This document shows positions 37,901 to 49,382 of a stretch of DNA of 64,000 nucleotides, in pieces. Position numbers and translations under genes: made by a program. The notes under the pieces are model-generated. The model saw nothing but the letters and a program-made list of their open reading frames with translations, was not told the origin of the DNA and searched no databases. Source of the stretch: Moniliella sp. 'wahieum' (Eukaryota); NCBI GenBank assembly GCA_003971905.1, contig RSEE01000018.1, positions 248,001 to 312,000 of the forward strand. The letters are read 5' to 3'. Position 1 is the first letter of the stretch. Each line of letters begins with the position of its first letter.

Positions 37901-39171
37901 ATGCTGGCCCATGACATGGTTACCAACCAAGAGGTGGTGATCAATGTCAGCCACACCGCTACGGACATGCGTGCCGAGAGCATGCGCCAGGCAAGGATCC
38001 TGCATGCAGTGGGAGCCATGAAGCCGGACGTCATTGGCTGGGTGCACGTGCGCGAGGTGTTTCTCTACAATAACCACGACCGTCTTTGCATCGTGTTTGA
38101 CAGCAAGGCCGACACACTGGCCCCCTTTGTCAAGCATGACCTCCACGGCCGTGGGCTCCCGCTGGAGCACATCCAGGCCATCATGAAGCAACTGATGATA
38201 CCTGGAGTCCAGGTGGTCCTCGAGGGTGATGCAATCGCACTAGTGGTGGTGTGGTGGTCTAAGCCAACCAGCAACGCCTACCGAGGAACATCAAGCAGCG
38301 AGTCGCCACCAGGGGCTAAGCTGCGGAACAAGGAAAAAACAGGAGAGAAAAACAACGGAACTCCTAGGCCTGAGGAGGAACTGAAGGGACATTGGCCAAA
38401 GCACGAGCCACCTGCTGGCTCAACAGCAACTTCTTCTCTTTCTCGCCTCCCTTCATGACCAGGGCTTCGTCCATGGCAACTTCACTGGAGAGCACATCCG
38501 GTTGGACAGCACCGCCTCCGCTCTCATCCCAAATCCTTCCGAGAACAGCGAGCCGATTCCGTTCCTTTACTCGCCAATGGTCCATGTGACGGGTGCGAGT
38601 CAGGTCCGCATCCGTCCCAGCACCAAGCCGAGTGCGCTTCCCAAGGCCTACCGTCCACCTGAGGCGCTGCTTGGCACCCACGCCTGGTCAGCTCCCCTCG
38701 ACATGTGGGCAGCTGGGTGTGTGATGCTGCAGCTGATGACGGGCAAGCTGCCATTTGGCCCCCACGAGCGTGATGATTGGCCAACGCAGGAGGCGTACAA
38801 CCGGTACAAGGCAGAAACAGGTCTTTGAGGCTAGCGACACGCCCCTCTTGGCGCAGCTGCAGAGCGCGCTGGGTGTGACGCCCAACAGCTTGCTGGCCCA
38901 CCTTCCCCGTCAACAAGCGCCAGCAACTCTTCTTCTCCGATGGCACGGTGCGCACCACCAAGCCGATCCCCTCCACCCCACTTTCTCGGTACCAGTGCCA
39001 CCAGAACGAAGAAAATACATGACCTACGACGTTTGCTTCCGCGACCTTGTCGATCAACTTCTCGAGCCCGACCCCAGCCTGCGCATCTCGGCCGAGAAGG
39101 GCTTGCAGCACCGCTTCTTTGACCTCCAACGCGGCAAAGACTACCCACGCAACATTCACCTTCCGCAGTAA
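37901..39171 (+). pseudogene. CMGC (CLK/SRPK/DYRK-like) pseudokinase disrupted by a solo LTR
   Basis: VREVFLYNNHDRLCIVFD, GLPLEHIQAIMKQ|LLLFLASLHDQGFVHGNFTGEHI (joined after removing the insert), YRPPEALLG..WSAPLDMWAAGCVMLQLMTGKLPF, FRDLVDQLLEPDPSLRISAEKGLQHRFF. Confidence 0.85.
38193..38425. mobile_element. Solo LTR (233 bp) with 5-bp target-site duplication
   Basis: GCAAC|TGATGA...TCAACA|GCAAC: TG..CA ends with an imperfect terminal inverted repeat. TSD at 38188-38192 and 38426-38430. Removing it restores the kinase frame. Confidence 0.88.
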
Positions 39172-40664
39172 CTGCCGTCCGGATTACTTCTACTTGAACT
39201 TTTGTTTTGGATCAGCGCCCACAGCCCTTGATCCTTTCATACAGTGGGAAACCACTTCCAGCAGCCTCTTCCATAGTGGAATAGTTGCTTACCAGGAAGC
39301 TCTTGTACTACCTACTTTTACTAAGTATGCGACAGAGCTCACAAGAGCGCATCCAGACGGTCTATATATAGGCGTGCCAGCAGAAAGTTGATAAATGATG
39401 AGTGGCATGAAGAATCAAATGGTATTTTTTGTCCACAAACGGGGCAACCAGATGACAATTGTAAAGGCACATAGATCTTCCTGAGGAAGAATCCTTCGTC
39501 TGTCAACTATCGGCACAGAGAGCAGACGAGCATCTGCCCCATCAGTAGGGAACTTTACATCAACGGATGGGCGACTATAACAGCGGCGTGTCTTGTATCT
39601 GTTCGACTGACAGATCATTCTCCGTCAACACTTGTGTGTTTGACGGATCACACACACATTCCCACCGGATGTGGATATGATCCTTGTTCTAGATCTTCCT
39701 TGCCCCCTTTGTGTCTCTTTCCCCTCATCACGCGTGGTTTACCGTGTGATAGCTTCTCCTTCTCCTCTGGTATATAAGGCGCCATTCCATGCAGCCTGAA
39801 TGAATACCTGTCGGCATCCGAAGCAATCTCCCTCCTACAGTGTTAGTAACATACACACCTTTAGTGACAACAGCCTTCGAGGTAGGCTCGACGACAGGGT
39901 ATAGGTGTGGCAGGCTTCCGTGACGGGCGTCGGCCCAGATGTGTCCGGAAAAGAAGACGAAGATGGGGCTCCGGGACAGCGTCCGTGTAGCGTCGGCGTC
40001 GGCTGAAGCTGTTGGCTGTGGCCCCTTCGTGTTCACACAGGCACGTCCAAAACATTAGTGCCACATAGCCATGAAGAGTTCATCATGGCGGGTGGTGATC
40101 ACGAACGGATGCTCGCCTGAAGTACTGTCGGAGGTCTGACTAAATGGTTGTTTGCAGGACAACATCTACTTATGGGGAGTCAGATCCAAAAACGCTCCAT
40201 CTGAAGAATTCTCTTCGTCACCTTTCTCCCCCTCTTCGTCCTCCCTCGCTGGCACCAAAAGAGACATGATGATAGCGACGATAACAGCTCCTGCATCCTT
40301 GTTGTGGATGTCATACTTCACACATATACTATGTCCCCACCATCGGACTGGTATATGTTTGGCAAAACCCGAAGAAATGCTTTGCAGGTGCGACGTACTA
40401 ATGATACTCCTCCATTAGAGGCGAGGGGGGACATCTGCCGGTCGCGTGCCAAGCGTGTCAAAGACCAGTTTTGGTTGTTTAGATACTAGTAGCATGACAC
40501 AGGAAGAACCTGTCTCACGCCCCTCTTAACTACTCAGGTAAATCTTCTCACTGCTCTTCGCCGATCCTGTTATCCTTCTTTCCCCTACCACAGTGCATCA
40601 TTTGCTTCCCTTGGTCCTTGGTCTCACTCGTATCGCCCGACCCATACCAGAACCTGGATAAAAA

Positions 40665-40760
40665 TGACTTCGCCCGGGCTCGAACCGGGGACCTTATCCG
40701 TTATAAAGCGTGTCGCGCACTTGTTAAGGATACGTGATAAACCAACTACACCACGATGCC
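40665..40760 (-). tRNA. tRNA-Val(AAC) with 21-nt intron
   Basis: GGCATCG-TGGTGTAGTTGGTTTATCAC-G-TATCC-TTAACA[intron]C-GGATA-AGGTC-CCCGG-TTCGAGC-CCGGG-CGAAGTC-A, followed by TTTTT. Confidence 0.92.
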
Positions 40761-41099
40761 ATACCTTAGCATGTTTGGCTTCTTCTCCTGGCTACATATA
40801 CCCTCGCCACGAACCATGGGTTACAGAAAGGGACTAAAAGCGAAACAACGCACAATAGATGAGCCGAAGAACCGGGGGCGAGGTGCAACAGGCGAGAGGC
40901 TGTTGCGGCACGGGCATCCTACTAGAAAGGTAAGGTAAACGGGCATGGGGTGTTATCGTTGCAAAGGATACTGACGATTCGGTGCCACGATTGTGGCCAC
41001 CAACTATACCACTTGAACATGGGGCGACACTCCTCCCGTCTCCACTCCTCCTACCGCCTCCTCTCCACCACAATTCCTCGACAGGATCAGGAATAGGAT

Positions 41100-42671
41100 G
41101 GCGGCGGGGTTTGCACACCTACGCCAAGTGAGCCCTGGTTGGAGCAAAGGAGGGCTGTTGGATGAACACTAGTGCAGTGTGCCTGGAGCATAGCCGTGCT
41201 CTGGCGTTCCCAGCCACTTTCACCAAGAAGCTAGCACCCGAAGGTTCCACCGGGGCGGAAGTCGGACAGCTGACGCGCCTCCTTCTGGAAGCCGCGGCTA
41301 CCATAGCCTCGTGATCCCTTTATTCTCATGTCGTCCTCGTGGTCGTCATGTCGACAGGGTGATCAATCCAGGTCTGGCTATTCCTCTCTGCCTCTTGAAT
41401 CAGAAGTGGCAGAAATTCGTGGAAACCTTCAGCGTCCAACCGTCCCACATATGGATCAGAAGCGACTAGCGTCGTCTGGTGGCAAACCCGTCATCGCTCC
41501 GGCCAGGATTGGGCGGAGCATGTCGCGCTGGTTGCTGTAACGTTCCAGATGGCACCGAATCAGGCGGACCAGGTCGCGTGGAGCAGTCGAACGTAGTTCT
41601 GACCTCTGTGGATGCTGGGTTGGAGCGCATGCTCTGCGTCGGGGCAACATTGATTCGGGCTAGGAGGAACGACTTGAACTTGGTCCATGTCATATAGTCG
41701 GCGTCGGAAGAAGCCACGATGGAGTCCGCCACCGAATTGATGTTAGATAGGGGGTCGGAGCCCGCGAGTTCAGAGCAACGGCCCTTTCGGTCTATCCGTA
41801 GTCCTTGATGTACAACTCGACGCTGCGGATCCATGCGTTCAACTCCAGAGGGTCGCCAGACCACATGGGGATGGGAGGGCGGAGGTCGGAGCCTGCGAGG
41901 CGGGTGATCTCTGCTCCTTGAGTTCCGCGATATGAGCGTAAAGAGAAGGGGCCGGGTCCAATAACTCGTGCAAGTCGCTGCGGACTAGGTCGTTGGTCAG
42001 GTCCAGCTTGGTTCGTGACGGGTCGTAAAAATCGGTGTCTCGGGCGGCCTGTCGCACCGCACTTGTGGTGAAGCGGCGATCAAGTGATGCAATGAGGGAA
42101 CGCTGATCCTCAGTGGGCTCCCAGATAGGCATGTTGGTTGCTGTGGGGGGTGGGGGGGCAGGGTAGGGAGCGAAAGGGATAAAGAAAGGAGGGATGGGGG
42201 AAAAGAAGCGCACCAACAATCTCTGATATGACCGGATCCCGGTGCCAAGCAAACAGCATCAAGCAAGAGGCCAAATGATCGATAGGGATTGCTTACTAGT
42301 GAGCGAAAGGAGGGGTAACGGACAGAGAGCAGAAGGGTTGGTGAGAAGAGAGGGAAGAAAGCCATGACATAGGAAGCGTATCGAAGGAGGCGCGTCAGTC
42401 AGCTGCCAGACTTTCTCCCAGGCGGAACCAGCCAGTGAGGTGCTGGCCGCTGCGCAGACACCTTTTGTCCGACAGTTCATCGATCATCCGAACAAGCACT
42501 CGCGTCACGCATCCACAACTGGCGGTGCGCTGAGCTCCACTGCCGTGCTGGCGAGCCCGGGGGAAGCATCCCTGAGAGTTATATGTAGGGTGTCCAACTG
42601 GTTTGTACTCGTTTATATCTCCTCTCGGCCCTTGGGTTGGCTCGCCAGCGTACATCAACGCCAAGGTAACA
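41100..42671 (-). mobile_element. Degenerate Ty3/Gypsy LTR retrotransposon relic (gag, candidate 5' LTR 42365-42671)
   Basis: Gag-like PIPMWSGDPLELNAWIRSVELYI (followed by an in-frame TAG) and YMTWTKFKSFLLAR, with ATG at about 42132. Upstream on the minus strand is a TGTTAC..ATGTCA segment containing TATAAA and followed directly by TGG. No RT, integrase or second LTR seen. Confidence 0.6.
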
Positions 42672-43247
42672 AAATACCTTGGCCAAGTGGTTTGAAGCAC
42701 GTCCTATCCCATGCCCATCACAAAGGGAGGGAAAGAGACAGATAAGAAGGGATGACCAAGTACGCCACAATTGTTACTGGTGTGTCGTGATGGATTGGAC
42801 ATTCAGCTATATTTCCCCTCGTTTGGCGCTCGTCACGCTCATCTACGAAGCAATACCAACAAGGGGGGGGAAGAAAGCGCCAAGCTCACAAGTTTCACCG
42901 GGAAAGAGCAAGGGAAAGGAGGGAGGGGCGGGAGAAGGGACCTGGGTCCAGGGCAAATTCCAAGGTCCAAAACAACAGAAAGGGAACGGCGCCGGGGTTG
43001 GGCAAGGGAGGATGCGCCACAACAGACAGAAAGAGCGGAACAGGATGGAGAGGATCCGGGACAGGTTCCTAACCCTGTATCAACCATAGCAGGATCGCAG
43101 GGGGTGGAGGTGAGGCCAAGCAATTCCCCGATATCCCAAGATGCGAAGTGATATGGGCTCGGTCAAAGAGAGCGGTATGCGTATGTGGTGGGAGGAGGGT
43201 GGGAGGGGGGTCCAAAAAAGGGGTGAAGGCCAAAGAATTGACAAGGC

Positions 43248-46021
43248 TCACAGACCTCCCGAATAGTAAAAGTCCCAGGATTCGGGGGGAGGCGGAACGG
43301 AAACGAAAGAGGGAAGGTCAATCTGATACCAGCAAGTTAGTCTGAGTGTGTGAAAACAAAGAGGAGGGGGAGGGAGACAACGTACCTTGTCGCCCGTAAT
43401 GTCAAGCAATTGCATTGGACGGCCACCTCAGTGAGAGCTTGAATGTAGTCGGCCGTATTGCGGGTCCGGATGACCCCGCCCTCACCGCGCATCATCGACA
43501 GGCCATCAACCCATTCGGAAAACTGAGACTGATTCAGTGCACGCAGCTCGGCGACCAACGTATCCGGAGTCTTGATCAGGCCAAAGGTTAGGTTGGCCGC
43601 GGCCTCGGGGGCCGATTGCTTTTGCGGTGCGGCGCCACCCGCGCCGGTACCTGTCGCTGCGCTGGGACTGGGGTCAAAATGAGAGCGGATCTGTTGCGCC
43701 ATGTTGGAGACGCTAATGTCGGTCACTTGCGTTAGATCAATCCGTTCAGGCAACGTGTCCAACCGGCAGGCACCGGGGTCCGCTCTGTGACTCGCAGTAG
43801 TGGAGGAAGCGCTTATCGGGCGACAGGCGGTAAAAGCGCCACATGGCCATCGCTGCTCCCGCCGGTTGGGAAGCGGAGGGGGATTTGTTGAGGAACCAAG
43901 CACCTTCCAGAAGACAGCGGATTCGCTGTTGCCGTACAAACTCATAGCTTTCCCGGTACAGCTGGTCGCGGAGAGAGCAAATACCGGGCTTGGATGCCAT
44001 CTCGTCGGTTTGCTCCAACGTTTTGAGATGGACCGCCCGCGCCGCTGCGTATTCTGTCTCGAGGAAAGACCGCTCCACTCGGTCCAGGTTTTGTGACCCT
44101 CATCAGAAAAGGTGGCCCGCACTTGGCTGCGGGTCAAGGCGGCGATGCGCGCAAAGTCTTGGGACGACGCGTTGGCCTCCGCCCACATGCGCAAAAGAAG
44201 CGAAAGAACCAACCCATGGACCCGCTCAAAGTGCAACAGGTACGGCTGGAACACGGCCATAGCGGTCGCACCCGGGAACGCATATGGACCCCAGCTGGAT
44301 TGGAACGTTCCAAAACTCAGCAAGAATGTCGGTTACCTCGATGCTGGCGCGGCCAAAGGGACAGCGCCGCTCGACCGGCTGGTTGAGCTGATCAATGATG
44401 ATCTTGCTGTATCCTTCCGGGTCGGGCTGAACAAAGGCTTCGCAGTTGCGCAGCGCCAGCCAGCCCAACTTGCCAAACTCTTTGGCCACCGCCTCGCTCC
44501 CAAACCCAAGTCGTCGCCACTTGTACCGACTGTTCAGTGCTGCAGCAGTGGCAAAACCGCGTCGAGGCAGGTGGTCCATGCCGTCCCGACCCAGCCAGAT
44601 CGCGGGGCCCGCCCTCGTCGGCAGCAATCTCTGAGATGCGCGCTTGGAGCCAGATAAAGGAAAGCGCGCTAACGTGTCGTTTGTTTTGTGGGGCAACGGG
44701 GGTATGCATACGCCAGTTGAGGATCCGCCGTTGATTCGCCTGGGCCTCGAGAATGCAGATAGTCAACTCGTCCGAGGGATTGGCATTCATCAATCGCACT
44801 GCTGCATTGACAAAGTGCAAAGCGTCCAACTCGGTCGTCAATTGCTCAAAGTAGGAGGATGTGGCATGGCGAACGAGTGTGTTCAATAATGAGAAGCTAG
44901 ATGGAAAAGGTGTTTGGTTAGAACTTGCACTCGTTGCAAAATGCCAAGGCCAGAAGGAACATACCTGTATAGACACAGGGTCGTATCTGCACTGCCAAGG
45001 CGATGAACGAGTGTACGCAAAAAGTCAGGCTCTTCAACAATATGAAGGTAGATGATGTCAAAGCCAAACTTGTTGATGCTGGTTGCGTGAGCGTCCAACC
45101 CATAAATCGATCGCCCAGGTAACACACTCGATCCCGTGTTCTCGTTGCCAAACCGGCCTGAGCCCGGGCGGCTTCCAGTGGGGGTGCGATCGCCGCTGGA
45201 GGGTTCCTTCTCCCCATCGTCGTTCGAGTTATCTGGTCCGCTCACGACCAATTTCTTAAGGATGGCTGTCAAAGGACGGCAGACGTTGATCCGATCGAGG
45301 CGGGTCAGGATCTGGACCACCTTTTGAACAAAGGCACCATCAATCTCTTCCCAGCCATCGTCAAAGCATTCCATCAGGTTTTGAAGCGAAATGAGTGCGT
45401 ACGCCAGCGTATTGACTCCAATTGCAGGGGTTCGCGGTACTCGGGGAGGACTACTGGTTGGGGGGGAGCGGGAAGGACATGACGAGGGCAAGAAGCTCGC
45501 GCAGGCCGCCGCGGGCGACAAACTCGGCGGCAAAGGGTGCTTCGCGGATCAAATGTTGGAGCGTGTAGGTGGCAATTTCAGGACACGGTCCTCGGTGCGG
45601 AAGGTAGAGAGTTTGTCTACCATCTCGGCTGCCTCAATGGCAGGAGAAGAGCAGAGCTTGAACCGACGGCCCGCTTCGATCTTACGGCGCATATTGGCAT
45701 CGGTGACAAGCTCGTCGCCTTGCTCGTCGCGGAGGGCGAAACGCTGGTGGGGTTCCTGAAACCCAGCATTGTATTTACACACAGGTGGCGCACAACATCG
45801 GCCACAGACAGGGTGGGATCAATGAGGGCTTTGATGCTGGTGGTGCGGTAGGTGACAACCGTGATGGGCGAGTTGTTGGTGCCGAGATTGTTGATGGAGA
45901 CCGAGTGGGGCGCGGCGGTGGGCGAGCTGGTGGGTGGGGCGGAGGGGGGCGTGGCATAGGCGGGCGCGGCGCCGGCGGCGTGTGGGTGGGCACGCGGCGG
46001 GCGGGCTGCGCTGACGGACAT
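43248..46021 (-). CDS. ELMO/CED-12 family protein with C-terminal PH domain
   Basis: FALRDEQGDELVT, NTLAYAL, INVCRP.TAILKKLV, WRRLGF, RRCPFGRASIEVTDIL, DFARIAALTRSQV, YRESYEFVRQQRIRCLLEGAWF, WRFYRLSP. Last intron at about 43323-43386; terminal PPPPESWDFYY and TGA at 43248. Confidence 0.92.
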
Positions 46022-46464
46022 GGCCTGGACGCCGCTGGGGATGGCGGTGGCTGCGTGGTGCGTCGCCGCAAACGCGCGCCAGCCCGCTGCCTGCTGGGCT
46101 TTGCTTTGCTTGGCTGCGCTGCCGTGCTCTGCGCCACAGCCTGCTGACCTCATCCACCTGCCATGCCTCGCCGCCCCGCCATCGCCTCGGGGATCGGTGA
46201 TGCGCGATGCATGATGCGGCAGCATGCCTGCTGAGCTCAGCCACCTGCATGGCCCCCGGTCGGTGCAACCCAGGCGGCGGGTGGCGCCACCGCGGTCCGT
46301 CGCAGCCTGCTGCGCCTGCGCCGCGTCTTTGCCCCTCAGTGAGGCAGCTTATTGCTGCCAATAGCACACTCCTGGTGCAGGCGCCAACGCCAGACTGGAT
46401 AGAGTGTAAGGGTGTATAAGGATGTACCACCCAACCGACCCCCTCCCACACCATCACCACCCTC

Positions 46465-48224
46465 ATGTTCCGTCCGAACAACCCCTATGACGAACTTATC
46501 GCCAAGGCAACCGACGAGCATCTCGTGTCTGAAAAGTGGGACTTGAACTTGCACATCTGCGACGGTGTGCGCGGACAGGGTGAGTCTGGGGCCCGCCAAG
46601 CCGTCGACGCCCTGGCTCGTCGATTGCAGCACCGCAGTGCGAACGTCCAGCTTTTCTGTCTCTCGCTGGCCGAGGCCTTGAGCAAAAACGTCCCGGGCCC
46701 CATTATCTACCCCGAATTGGCAGTCGTGCCGTCTGCACCGTGCTCCATCGCATGGTGCAGGACCGGGCTAACGTACACCCCATAGTGCGCCAGCGCCTGC
46801 TGAGCCTCATCCAGTCTTGGGCCAGCGATATGAGCCAATCCGCCAAGACTGCTGGAGGCAATGGAGCAGGGGCTATTATGCAAGAGACCTATCAAAAGCT
46901 GCGGGATGAAGGTCAGTAAGCGCTCTTTCACTACCTGTGTCCCCTCCCTCTTTGTGTTCATTCTCGTACCTATGGAATCCTCTAACATGGACCGTCTGCC
47001 TGTACACTAGGCTATTCTTTTGCTGCCCAAAAAAAGAACCGCCTCCCAAGTCGGCGCGGGACCAGGAGCAGGAGGAGCTACAACGCGCCCTTGCTCTGTC
47101 GCTGCTTGACCAAGGAGGGCCGCCCAAGTGGATGCAGTCGATGCCTGCGAGCACCCCTGCTTCTTCTGTTCCCCCTCCCGAACACTTTCTCCCACTCCCT
47201 TCCACTTCGGATTCACAGCTCCCACTCCCCAGCCAAACGAGTGGAACCGGAGCGGCCACGGTCGCTTCCACAGCGCCTCCCTCGTTCCCGACCCCCCCAC
47301 TGGCACCGCCTCCGCCACTTGTGCTCGCCCAGCCAGTGGTGGTCCCGAGCGTGACCCGAGCCCGGGCGTTGTACGATTTTACTCCTAGCGAGCAAGGTGA
47401 GTTGGGTCTCCGTGCCGGTGATCTCATTCGGGTGATCAACACGTCGTATGAGCATTGGTGGCGGCAGAATTGCGAGGTGAGATTGGGATTGTACCGGTAA
47501 ACCATTTGGTTCGTCTTGTTTCCCCCCCCAAAATGCAATCTCTGCTGACCGTTTCTGGGTTGGTTTTATGTGCGGCTTAGGAAGTGGTTGCGGGGCCTAG
47601 TGCTGAAGAGCAATCCGTGATGCCGCCGAGGAGGCCGAAGTGTTTGCGGCGGCCGACAAGGTGGACCAGCTGGTGAAGCTGCTGTGTGAACGCAGCGATG
47701 CGTTGAGGCAGGGCAAAAATGTGGGTCTGGCCTCAAGGAGCGCGACGGACGCGGGGGCAAACGAAGAGCTTCGAGAGGTGTACGAACAAGTGGTCAAGGT
47801 CACTTCTTTCGCGCGGGTGAACAAGCTGATACGCAAGTACCAAGAGCAGGTTGCCGATTTGCAAACGCTCAACGCCAAGGTGATCCAAGCTCGTTCACGG
47901 TTGAGTGCGATTGTTGTCCCGGCTACTTCGGCCCCAAGTACCACTGCCTCTTTGGGGGCCGTCGCCCGTTCTCCTGAGCCCGTCGTCTACGGCAATGTCG
48001 GTTATACGCCGATTCGCACCGAGCCACCGGGCAGAGGAGCCGATCCTCCTGCTTCCCATGGCTCCCCTGTGCCTCTAGGATTGGCAGCCCCATCCGCTTC
48101 GATGTCATTGGAGGCGAAGCAACCGCCGCCTGCTGAGTTGGATTCTTCATGGGCGCAGGCCGCTCAAGGGTGGCATGCACAGCATAATGGGCCAGAGCAG
48201 GCCCCTGGAACGTTGGCGCAATGA
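46465..48224 (+). CDS. HSE1: ESCRT-0 subunit Hse1/STAM (VHS-UIM-SH3-GAT)
   Basis: NPYDELIAKATDEHLVSEKWDLNLHICD (VHS), EQEELQRALALSL (UIM), RALYDFTPSEQGELGLRAGDLIRVINTSYEHWWR (SH3). Introns and frameshifts are present. Confidence 0.92.
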
Positions 48225-48479
48225 CGAAAAAAGGAGGGCGTGCGAGGGCGTGTGCCCCTGAGCCATGGGATTCGTATAAGGAAGACGCATGATTGGGGCC
48301 CGAATATGTCGAGCAGTGCCGGTGGGAAGCGAAGCTTGGGAATGCAGGGGCAAGCAGGTAGCTTTTCCATTCTATTCATCCTTAGGACCTTCAGGAGACT
48401 GAGGTGAATATTGCATGGGCGATAGCTGACAGGTGAATATATGTGACACCCCTGGGCTTGGAGGAGTTCAAATTGAGTA

Positions 48480-48660
48480 GTGCGCATTGGACGTTTTGAA
48501 CGTTGAATACGTTCAATGTTCACGTTGAGGTTGAACGTTGAGGCGTTGAGGGTACGTTGAGGGAATTGAGACGTTATTCAGCGCCTCCGCCTGCAGACTG
48601 AGCCTGTGGACAGTATCCAACGTTCAACCCAACGGCATTCAACATTCAACGTTCAACAAG
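48480..48660. repeat. Degenerate (GTTGAAC/GTTCAAC)n heptamer array
   Basis: ttgaacgttgaatacgttcaatgttcacgttgaggttgaacgttgag...ttcaacattcaacgttcaac. Confidence 0.8.
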
Positions 48661-49319
48661 GGCGGCATGAGCAGGTCAGGACCAGCTAGCTAGTCACATG
48701 TCGGCAATGCCAGCAGCACCCTGCGGCTGCCGCCGTTCGTTTCCATCCCGCTGCAGCGCGAGCGGATACGGCAGAGCGTGGCGGGCATAAGAGATGTGGT
48801 GCATGTGAGCGTGGCATAACCGGCAACTTTAAAAATGACTCCATGCTCACCGGTCACCGCGCTCACCGACGCCCGAAAGCTTATTAGCGCCTCCCGGCCA
48901 CCGCCCACCCATTTGAACATTTTCGTGGTGGAAGCTGTGCGGTCTGATGGTGGCTGGGGAACGGGGTGCGCTCATGCATCATGGCGGCTTGGATGCATGA
49001 CATGATGACGCGGCCACAGCAGGCCCAGCCTCATCGACATCGACCTCCTACCAGCGAGTCCAGCTAGTCCCCCCATTTTTTGCATTTTGTTGGGTTCTTC
49101 GCGGGCCGCGCAGCTGCGTTTGGCGTCTGGGCCAGAGGGCACTGAGCGCACTGAGCCGCCGAGCTGGTGCTGAGCCGCTATCCGGAGTGCGCGGTGTCTG
49201 TGCACGATGTGCATACCGAAGGGCAGCGCGCTCTAGACTAGCTCAGGCCAGGGCCCGAGAGGGTGGCGGGCAGCCAATGCTCAAAGTTACGTAACAACAC
49301 CGCATTGTGCCAGGGGTAT

Positions 49320-49382
49320 GTGACGGTGTGGCACGTGACACGTGACGGGTGACGGGTGACGGGTGACGGGTGACGGTGACGT
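49320..49382. repeat. (GTGACGG)n heptamer tandem repeat
   Basis: cacgtgacacgtgacgggtgacgggtgacgggtgacgggtgacggtgac. Confidence 0.85.

Noticed and set aside
39180..40500. Minus-strand orphan ORF fragments
   Set aside because: No family is recognisable; covered only as part of the accessory island.
42772..43140. Segment starting TGTTAC as a possible further LTR
   Set aside because: No convincing CA end with a TSD.
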